This document shows, piece by piece, positions 29,045 to 39,512 of a stretch of 64,000 nucleotides of DNA (positions are counted from its first letter, which is position 1; each line of letters opens with the position of its first letter). The notes beneath the pieces were generated by a model, which was not told the DNA's origin, ran no database searches, and saw only the letters and a program-made list of their open reading frames with translations. A program made the position numbers and the translations under genes. Origin of the DNA: Chrysomallon squamiferum (Eukaryota > Animalia > Mollusca); contig CM022670.1 in the NCBI GenBank assembly GCA_012295275.1, positions 24,118,001-24,182,000 of the forward strand, in the 5' to 3' direction.

Positions 29045-30040
29045 TGATAGAGAAAGAGATTGGTGAAACTATGATAATATTTAAATTGGAGAAAATCCTT
29101 ATTTACAAGAATTAATAACTGTTTTATAAAAAGTGTACATGAAGCAATGTCAATATAATTAATTAACTGCAAGAGAAAATATGATACAGAAACGTGAATC
29201 CTTTAACACTGATATTCTTGACAATGACAAATACATAGCAGGCCTTACAGACAATTTATCATTATGATTTTCCTTCCCAAAATATCAGAAAATGAATTTA
29301 TAACATTGCAAGGATAGTGATGGGAAGCCCAAAAAAATATTAGAAAAAAACCTAATAAAAACAAAGAAAAGAAAACTCAAGGGTAATCAGAAGTAGAATA
29401 TCATTCATTGTCCACTTTTTGACTGAATTATCATTTATCAGTTTGCACCTATGTTTACAACTGAAATAGCTAATATTATTTTTCAAAAGAAATTGTGTAC
29501 TTAAGCTCATCAAACACATAGACAGTCCCTTAGTGCTGACTGTGATGTTTATCTACTGAGCTGTTTAATACATCTGTCCAGTGTTATCTGTACTAATCAT
29601 CTTAGTCTGGTGTCCTAGGGTATCTCTGTACTTACTGATGTTATCATAGATGGTATTAGTCAAAGGATTAAATAAAACTAAAAAAAACAGATCCTCATAT
29701 ACACAAGGACATTGCTTCAAACTGACCATTTGTGTCAGATTGCTTAGAAACAAATGCTGCTACTATTTTTTTCTCCAAGATGCCATCAAAATAATCATTT
29801 GTATTTTGCCCCTCCATATAACTTCATTAAGTTGTTGTTATTTTTTTGTTTTCCTTATTAACCTTTGTTGATCTGTATAACATTAACATACAATTTTGTG
29901 TTTTGCTGTTATCAGATACAAAAAATAAAATAAAATAATTTATATTTATATGTTTTTTTCCACTCTTAATTGCAACTTAATCAATTTCTGCTTGCTATTT
30001 CTTCGGGCTTTTTTTTTTTTATTAATCTTTTAATCAGTGC

Positions 30041-30088
<48 letters not shown>

Positions 30089-30628
30089 AATAAGAATGAA
30101 AAAGAAGAGATAACAAAGTTCATAAGAAGCACAAGTTGATTAGGCTACATGTCTAAGACAAGGATTAACAGAATATTATATGCTCTCATAATCCCATACA
30201 AAACAATATTGATATATGCTATATCAGAATGACAGTACAGTGTAGTGTTAGATTGTTGAAGAAAGGAGAAGCAGTTAGCTTTGGATTTGAACTGCTACCA
30301 TATATTTTAACTTTCAAGTGAGTTATTCAAAAGAGAATCCCCAGATACTAATTATCCTTTCTTACTACCAGGAAGCAACTAATAATAAAAATGTGTGGTG
30401 CAAGTCGTTGTATAGTAGTTAGCTGTTGTATAATACAAAGACATATCAATACAATTATTAATAGAATCTTGTCTTCTTTCTTTCTTCCTTGTTTTTTAGA
30501 AGGAAACATAAAATGGGCATTTGTTGAAGAAACCCTTTGCATAATTATCTGTAATACAATCATATTTAAACATGTAGCAATATTAATGTTTGTTAGAGAT
30601 TTTTATTCAAATTTCTTGCTTTTTTTGC

Positions 30629-30709
30629 TGTTGTGTACTTGTAGCAGCTAGCATACATTTGTTTTGTGTTGTGTACTTGTAGCAGCTAGCATACATTTGT
30701 TTTGTGTTG
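30629..30709. repeat. Perfect 38-bp tandem duplication
   Basis: TTGTGTACTTGTAGCAGCTAGCATACATTTGTTTTGTG starts at 30631 and 30669. Confidence 0.95.
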
Positions 30710-31892
30710 CCTACTAATGTCAAATGGCACAAATTCTAAAATTCTAAAATGAAACCCCAAATTGCTATTGACCAGAAATATAAGATTCAGTGCTTTTTGT
30801 TCCTTCAGCTGGTGTGGGCATCTCAACTAGAGGCAAGTTTTAGTCGAGATGTAATCTTTTCTTTCAATCTCAGACGTCTGGTGTAAATAACGTTGTAGTT
30901 GTCTTTCTTTATATTTTAGTTCTAATTTTAGCAATGTGTCTACTGTTCATGACAATGAAATGAAAAATGAATGAAACATTGGCAGTGATGAGAGGTTTTA
31001 TTTCTGTTTACCAATTTCTGTGTGTCATTTATCATAAAAAAAATTAAATAAAATAAAGTAAAATAAAAATTTAAAAATTCTCCATTAAGAATACCACCAC
31101 CTTTCACTGAAAAAAAAAAAAAAAAATAAATAAATAAACTTTCAAATGAAAATTGACCTAATTTACATTTATATCAAAATAAATTTCAGTGTGCTATCAG
31201 AAACAAGACAAAACATAAGCATCAAGTAAATTCATGAATTGACCCAGAACCTCAAAATAAATGTGTGTATGTATACAAATATATATATATATGTCAATCT
31301 ATATATATATACAGACACACAGACACATTGCAATATTATTGATTACATTTTCATTCAAACCAAATAACATTTTGTTTACATTTTCAGTCGAATAAGTTGA
31401 TTTAACTGTATTTAGAATAGACAGTCATGTGAATAATTAAATGCATTCCCCGTATAAACTGCCCAAAACAAGCCAGTCAAAGAAAGAATCGGTGATGTTG
31501 ATGAATTTCCTGATAAGTGCAGTTTTGATCTTTGGTATTTGCCAGTTTAGAGAATGCCATTGCTGCATGTTTCTCATCCACAGTTTTGTACAGTAATCAA
31601 TATTACTCTGCATGGTATGGCACTCGAACAGACAAATTTAGGAATCATTTGTCTTATGATTGGCAATATTTTGGTGAGGAAGTGCAGACAAAGTGTAGTG
31701 GAACTAATTTTTCTTTTTCATTATTGTTTTTTTTTTTTATTTTTATCCTCTCCCCCTGCTGTAAGATATCTGAGATAGAGATTATTAAAATCCCGAGCTT
31801 ATTTTGTTGAAATTGGCTCAATAGCTCTCGTATTAAGTCAATATTTTATTTTAGTGGACTTCATTTAATTCTGTGTTACTCCTGAGTGATAT

Positions 31893-31923
<31 letters not shown>

Positions 31924-33105
31924 TTAACCTAAAAAATCCCTCACAACAAGAACATTAGTTTAGCTTCCATGTCCTCTCGGAATGAATTGAAATTTTCTTT
32001 ATTCAAATGTGGCTTCAATTTGCTTCAAACAGTTATGACCATGCACCATGCTGCTGCTGAAGAGTTTTTCCTTGGAGACGGCCACCAAATCTTATAGTCG
32101 CTCTCATCACACTGGCATTGTTCGCCATCAGAACACACTGGGCTCTGTCTTGAGACAGTTCCCAATCTACATAGTCGTGTAAAGCACAACATTTGTCAGA
32201 ATCTCACTGGCCATAATTTGATTGTGTAGGATGGAGTGGTCTAATGCAAATTAACATGTTTTCTGCTTACTGTGTTATTGCTATGCCTGTCACTTGGACC
32301 AAGTTGATTCTAATATATCAGATTTGTGCCAAAGATGTTTGCAGATGAGTTTTTTTGTTTTTTTTTTTTTTTTTTGCCAGGCTTTATGGGAAGCACATGC
32401 AGGATAAGAAATGTATTTACATAATGTTCATCAAGTTTTCTTTGTTCGCTTCTATATGGATATATTGTTCGGTAACCAAAATGTTTTTAAACATGATCTT
32501 GACTGTTATAAAATAATTTTTTCATTGGTAAATGAGGATATGTCTTTGCAGAGTTAAACAAAATGTATTTGTTTAAGGATAATATTATTATATTAAGAAA
32601 AAGTATTTTACTTCAAAATTCTTTTCTTTAATTGTTTTTTTTTTAACTTTATTTCTCGCTAACGGATAGATATACTTTATAAAGAAAGGTTTATTTCTTG
32701 TCAATAAACTGGTAAGTTAATTATATTAAATTTAAATTTACTGGGTTTTTATATATAAAATAAACAACATTTATAAAAAAAAAGAATTATATTGAAATTA
32801 AACATTTTAAAGTAAGAAAACAGAAAAAATTAATTCAAATTGCGAATTCATCACTGGTTTGCATTCTAGCTACCTTAGAATTTTTCTTGGCGTTTTTTTT
32901 TTTTTACACCTTCTTCTTCCACTGAATGGTAGATAACTTGAATTTGGAAACATTTGATTCCTGTGAATGTTTTGCTACTTCTTTCCTGGCAATATGATGA
33001 CATTAACGGTGGTGTACAAACAGGATCAGACATCACCACTTGGAAACATTCTGTCGCTGCTGTTGTTGTTTCTTTGTAACGATGTGGATTACGTGCTGTC
33101 TGTAA

Positions 33106-33215
33106 ATGGGTAACCGGCACTCTAAGAGTAACTGTGGTGTCAAGTGGTGTGCATGTTTTCGGTGTCACCCTCGACAACATCGTGCACACCCAGAGGAGCT
33201 TGTCAATGTCCACAG
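33106..33215 (+). CDS. Candidate alternative first coding exon of the FRMPD4-like gene: MGNRHSKSNCGVKWCACFRCHPRQHRAHPEELVNVH(S)
   Basis: ATG at 33106 directly preceded by in-frame TAA. 36 open codons + AG, then CAG|GTATTT donor, phase 2, matching the exon at 39396. Locally GC/CpG-richer sequence that drops to T-rich intron right after the donor. Confidence 0.7.
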
Positions 33216-33854
33216 GTATTTTTTTATTTTTTATTTTAAAAAAACCAAATGTTTTTCATTTTGATTCCACTTACGTTAACAGTTTAAACATTTTTTTCAT
33301 TCTCTAAATAAAATTATTATTTTGAAAAAAAGTTCCTTGAAAATTAGATTGTATTCATATATAATCTCACAACATTCAGTTTTAAGCTGGAATTTACTTT
33401 AAAAAATTGAATGTCTCATATAACAGCTATTACCTCTTAACAAATTTTGAGTACAAAAATGTTATTAATCTCTTTTAAAAAAAAAGAAAAAAAAGACATT
33501 ATCACTGCTTTTATTTTTTTTCATATGTGACTATTCAGATATTTTAATTGTTTGTTATTGTGAAATTAAAATTTTACATATAAATGGATAAATAAATAAA
33601 GGACAAAACAAAGCAAAATAAATAAGTAAATAAAAATTAAAAGATCTTTAAAATGTTAAAGATGCTTTGGTAATAATTATTAAATAAATGAAATAACTGC
33701 ACATGAAGAAAAGTTGTTTCTTTATCTTTTAAATGAATACAAACTTTTGTTGATACTGTTTATTTATAAATATTTTTTTGAAATATAATAATTAATACAT
33801 TACACTTTCAAAGTAAAAAATATATGCATACAAATAGGTCAATTACCAACACAA

Positions 33855-34560
33855 GTACTACTATTAAACCACCACTATTACTATTTTTACTACTATTACT
33901 ATTGCTTCTATTTCTATTACCACCACTATTTCACTATTTTTATTACTATTACTATTGCTTCTATTGCTATTACCACCATTATTTTACTATTTTTATTACT
34001 ATTACTATTGCTTCTATTTCTATTACCACCACTATTTCACTATTTTTATTACTATTACTATTGCTTCTATTGCTATTACCACTACTGTTACCTTTACTAT
34101 TGTTATTACTATTACTATATTGCTTTTATTACTATTACCACCACTATTACTATTTTACTATTACTATTACCACCACTATTACTATTTTTACTATTACTAT
34201 TACCATCACTATTACTATTTTACTATTACTATTTTTTCTATTACCACCACCGTTACTATTTTTACTACTATTACTACAGCTTCTGTTGCTATTACCAGCA
34301 CTATTACTTTTACTTCTATTGCTATTGCCACTACTATTACTATTACCACACTATTACTATTTTTACTATTACTATTACCACCACTATTACTTTTACTGTT
34401 TTAGTACTATTAATTTTACTTCTATTGCTATTGCCACCACTATTACTATTACCACAACTATTACTATTTTTACTATTACGACCACTATTATTATTTTTAC
34501 TACTATTACTATTACCTGCACTATTATTTTTTACCACTTCTATTCCTAATACTACCACTA
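33855..34560. repeat. Complex trinucleotide-derived low-complexity tract (ACT/ATT/ACC) with higher-order blocks
   Basis: Recurrent CCACCACTATT..ACTATTTTTATTACTATTACTATTGCTTCTATT blocks. Produces the T/I/L/Y homopolymer pseudo-ORFs. Confidence 0.92.
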
Positions 34561-36241
34561 AAAATAAACATGATACTTGCAGTAAAGATGATAACACACA
34601 GGTGGTGGTACGACAAATGCTGATGTAGTAGTCTAATTCTGTCAGTATTTAAAGTTAAGTACCTATTCAGAGTTAGCAACCTGTACTCTGTTTAATACTA
34701 CAGATTGATAGCTCCGGGCTGCTTGTCCATTTTGATTGAATTACCAGTCTGTAATGTCTAATGTTATGTGACAGCTATGAAATCTTTCCTTCACCATGCA
34801 TCTAGCTTGTCCTCACTGTTTTTCATCCCCGAACACATCTTGATGGTAATTAATGTTGCCATGACTATCAGTTTTGTTCAGTAATTTGTGAAATTTTTGT
34901 AGATTTCTTATCCACCCGTAGCATGTTTTTATGGTGATCTTTCTTGAAACATATTAAATGAGACACTGGTAGTACAAATTAAATTTGTATTTTGTGTTTG
35001 TTTTTGTATATATGCATACCTATAGTGTGTTATTTATTTTGAAACAAGATCTATAACAATAGCTCAAATAAATATTTCCTGAAATATATTTTCAGTAGGC
35101 TTATTACATATATCATAATCTTCATTTGATTTAATTAATGTTAAATGAACCCGCTACGTCAGAGGGATAATTAACTTAATTTTGATAATCAAACATTTTA
35201 TTTAGTTACTGTGTGTTTGTTCCAGGTCTGTGAGATAATTTTGCTTTCTTTGCTGCGAGTAAGAATGCTGACTTAAATTGAGTCTGAATTTCAAAGGCAA
35301 TTACTCTGAAGTAGATTGTGTAAAAACTTCACCTCTCTCACAAACCTTTCATTGACCAGTATTACCTAACTTATTTACTACACAGCAAAACCAGTGGTGC
35401 TTTAGTGTTTATCAGGAATGCATGTAATATGTGTAATTACGTTACTCTGATATATTGCAATATGTTTACTGCTGAATGTTTGCTTTGTGTTTAAATCATG
35501 TGATTTTTTTTTGTGTGTGTCTGTGTGCATGAAAGGAAGATGAATACCTTTAGAATTTTGGTGTGTTAGTGAATTACTTTAAAAAATCAAAATGTTAGTG
35601 AGAAAATGAAATGTTTTTTGCTGATGTCTGATGAAAGAAAGAAAAGAAAATATCCAAAGAAAAGAGATAAATGAATAAAAACTTAAAACCTTCAATCTCA
35701 TTTAAAGTAAATCTTTATGTACTTGTTATAATATTTTATGAAGAATTGGCAAAAGCAAATATATATGATCATTTATCATTTTCGTCACAAGTTAGTCTAC
35801 TTTAAACAAAAATTGCTATGTTTTTAGTTGTTGTCAAAATCTTTTCCAACTCTCCACATGTACAAAGAAAATTTTTAATTTATTAATAATAAATAATGGT
35901 TTTAACGAGTGTAATAAAAAGTGAAATACTGGTCATTCATAAAAGAACAGAATTAGTCACAGACACACATTAGTTTTGCATGCCATTTAACAGAATAATG
36001 ATCTATGTAACATTAAGTCTCGAGTTTCATGAAGTCTTCCAGACAAATTTTTTTTGACGTATATCTTCTGATGGAATCTTTTTCCAAGTCCCACTGATGT
36101 CAAGCTAAGAGTGCTACATTTACTCATTTGTATGTAATATACTTGTAAGAAAACATTACTTTTCCATTTAATTTATTGTTTGTCATCCACTGCGATTTTG
36201 GCTCGACATTTTTTTGGCTCCGATGGTGTAAGTATTGATTC

Positions 36242-36294
36242 ATGCCTTTCATGTTGCACATGGTCTCGCTGTTGGGATGGTTTTACTCTGAAGA
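36242..36294 (+). CDS. Weak candidate alternative first coding exon MPFMLHMVSLLGWFYSE(D)
   Basis: In-frame TGA 6 nt upstream, three in-frame ATGs, GA|GTAAGT donor at 36295 in phase 2, compatible with exon 39396. No homology support. Confidence 0.35.
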
Positions 36295-37494
36295 GTAAGT
36301 TTACCATAGGAAATCTCAGATTAGACACAAAATCAGTCACTCAATCTTCATTGAATTGTCTTTGGCCGCCCCAGTAGACCATTCTAATCCATGTAGTATT
36401 TGATCAGACATGACAAAAATTGCCATGTCGCTGTATCATGTTGATGATTCTGAGTGCTGATGAAATAGAAATACATTGTGTATGGTTCAGTGTTGGTTGC
36501 AAATCAATGTCCCATTACTGAAGTATGTCTGAGTTATAAATTTTAATAAGACGGTGTCTGTGAATTTCACTCTTGTGTAAACTAACTACACACTAGACCT
36601 TTTTTGTTTTTTCTCACCTAAATATGCAGTACCTCTTGACATATTTAAACTCACCCATTCACTTACCCACCCACCCACCCACGTTCTCATTTTATTCTCA
36701 TTTTGCTGTTTAGTTAAGAACTCATTATTCACTTAATGGTCATCTTTTTGTATGTTATATAATTCATAGTATTTAAAACAAGCTTTATAACGTTTAGCGA
36801 ACAACTTTATACTCTTTAGTTTAAAGTCTGCAAAATCATCGAGACAAGTTATAAAAAAGTATTTCAAATAACAAATCCTCATAGCTGGATGGCAAATTTA
36901 TCTGTAGGACATAATGTGTTATGTATAAATTCATATTTGTATTAAGATACAATTCTATTAGAAATGCATCACCCAGAATATTGTTCATTGTTAAAACCTT
37001 GAGTAAGATACAAGTTAATTTCATTAATCAAAGAATTTAATTATTTTATTTTATTTTTTTTTTTTTTTTGCTGCTGGTCTGTAAAATATATATGCATTCT
37101 TTGCAATAATTAAATTTTTGTTCACTATATAAATATTCTCATTCCTCAAATTATTCTGTGGTTCAGAGGCTGTAAAATATAAGATAAATTTCTCAAAACC
37201 AGTTGGTTCTTACACACTGATATATGTTAGGACTCAGATTAATATATACAGCAAATTTTCAAAATATTGGTCTGCGAAAAGAAGAAAGGTTTATAAATAC
37301 AGTTAATAAAATACATCTGCAACATCTTTATATTAATAAATGTCTGCCATCATATTCTGTTTGATGGTCCAGTGCAACTGGTTACTCCTAGCAGCAAGAT
37401 ATCTTTCATATTCACTTTCCAGTAACACAAAACACACATCATAGATTTTGACATGCAGCTGAAAAATACAGGCATTCTCTTATAGCACAGCTGT

Positions 37495-37724
37495 ATGAAA
37501 ACCACAGCTATATTAACAAAATTGCTAAACTAAATGTCTACATAATATTATGCTCTGTACTAAAATCAAATTTCCTTATAATAAAATTACTGTATCAACA
37601 ATGTCTTATATAAAAACCACAGCTATGTTAACAAAATTGATAAACTAAGACGTAGTTTTACATACTATAAATATTATGCACTGTATAGAAATCAAATTTC
37701 ATTGTAATAAAGTTACTATATCAA
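37495..37724. repeat. Diverged two-copy tandem duplication (~115-bp unit)
   Basis: AAAACCACAGCTAT.TTAACAAAATTG.TAAACTAA...ATATTATGC.CTGTA..AAATCAAATTTC.TT.TAATAAA.TTACT.TATCAA occurs twice in succession. Confidence 0.88.
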
Positions 37725-38667
37725 AGTTGAAGACTCACAGATTTATCATGTTGAAGATAATAATGAATTATTACTAGGGAAAGGATGACATTAAAACAAA
37801 TGCAATGGATAACATGACTTTCATTCGGGATATCTATTGTTTTAAATTAATTTCTTTTAACAATATGGCTTATTTATAATATGTTACTTATGTGTCTGTA
37901 TTCTCTTTCCTGATACAGTATTACCAATATTTGTAAATATTGTTAATAGTGTATATATATCATGCAGTGATTAGGATTTAAAATGTGGTTCTGATATCAC
38001 TTTCAAGATCAAATGAGTTTCCTTGATATGAGAAAATACTTATCAGCAGAAAATAATGGATATGAGTATTGGATACACCTCTACCAGATATATTTATGAC
38101 TCACAGCTTTGATGTGCTCTGGAATAATCACAAGTGATTATTATTATTAATAACAGATGAAAAATAAAGATATATTTAGAGTATATTTTTCATCAGTTAT
38201 CAATAATTATATGAATAACCTGATAGTTGATGACACAAATGTGAAAGCAGTTGCTGATTGTGCTTTAATTCATCCTGGTTTCATGTTTTCAATGGATTAA
38301 AAAAAAATAATAAAAAAAAAAAAGAATGACAAAAAAATGAGAAGTAAATTTTTTTCATTTTTTTTTTTCAATCCTTTTTGAACCAGTTCAATAAAATAAG
38401 ATTAATGTTCATATTATTTTGTCAAAAAATCATTATGATTATCTGAAAAATGTGTTTTACAGAATTCATCCACATATATCCGATTTCCAATATTATTTTC
38501 TGTAGCATTATTTGTTGAAATTTCTATTAAATACTATTTATGTTTTTTGATTATTTTTGAGTTACAAGTTAAAAAAAGAGAGAAAAACCTCTTATATCTG
38601 AGGAAACATAAAAGGAAGGGATTAAATAAAACTATGTTACAGATCTGTTGTTAGTATAAAAAGGTTG

Positions 38668-39399
38668 GACTACTTTTTATATTTGTGTTTATCAGCTGCC
38701 ATTTTTGTATTTGTATATTTCAGCCACTGTTTTTATATTTGTGTATTTCAGCCACTGTTTTTATATTTGTATATTTCAGCTGCCATTCTTATATTTGTAT
38801 ATTTCAGCCACTGTTTTTATATTTGTATATTTCAGCCACTGTTTTTATATTTGTGTATTTCAGCTGCCATTCTTATATTTGTGTATTTCAGCTGCCATTT
38901 TTATATTTGTATATTTCAGCCACTGTTTTTATATTTGTATATTTCAGCCACTGTTTTTATATTTGTGTATTTCAGCTGCCATTTTTATATTTGTGTATTT
39001 CAGATACCATTTTTATAATTGTGTTTATCAGCCACTGTTGTTATATTTGTGTATTTCAGCCACTGTTTTTATATTTGTGTATTTAGCCACCATTTTTTAT
39101 ATTTGTGTATTTCAGCCATTGTTTTTATATTTGTGTATTTCAGCCACTGTTTTTATATTTGTGTATTTCAGATACCATTTTTATAATTGTGTTTATCAGC
39201 CATTGTTTTTATATTTGTGTATTTCAGCCATTGTTTTTATATTTGTGTATTTCAGCCACTGTCTTTATATTTGTGTATTTCAGCTGCCATTCTTATATTT
39301 GTATTTATCGGCCACTGTTTTTATATTTGTGTATTTCAGCCACCGTTTTTATATTTGTGTATTTCAGCCACTGTTTTTATATTTGTGTATTTCAGCCAC
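38668..39399 (+). repeat. 28-bp minisatellite (~26 units, consensus CCACTGTTTTTATATTTGTGTATTTCAG) whose last unit is the functional 3' splice site
   Basis: AG ends recur at 38695, 38723, 38751 ... 39339, 39367, 39395 (28-nt period, one 27/29 pair). Variant heads CCACTG, CTGCCA, ATACCA, CCATTG. Confidence 0.97.
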
Positions 39400-39512
39400 A
39401 AGAATCAGATAACGTCATGGCTTCCTCCTCGAGACAGCTGGGACTCAGACATAGGACTTCCGTACGGGTGGGAGACAGGCATCGACAAGAACGGAAAACC
39501 ATACTACATCAA
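39396..39512 (+). CDS. FRMPD4: FRMPD4/Preso-like gene, 117-nt coding exon: C-terminal part of a first WW module plus N-terminal part of the next WW domain (HKNQITSWLPPRDSWDSDIGLPYGWETGIDKNGKPYYIN)
   Basis: Acceptor TTTCAG ends 39395, donor AA|GTAAGT at 39513, phase 2-2. WW signature LPYGWE...GKPYYIN. Resembles human FRMPD4 [39 protein letters not shown] (recalled from memory, not searched). Confidence 0.93.

Noticed and set aside
32875-33213. 112-aa minus-strand ORF as a nested gene
   Set aside because: No recognisable domain; better explained as the antisense shadow of the + strand candidate first exon and its leader.
33824-34628. 149-241 aa ORFs rich in L/Y/T/I
   Set aside because: Products of a trinucleotide low-complexity tract, open in several frames, with no splice or domain support.
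38665-39412. Overlapping 117-235 aa hydrophobic ORFs resembling membrane proteins
   Set aside because: They are translations of the 28-bp array in all three frames; only 39396-39512 has protein-family signal.
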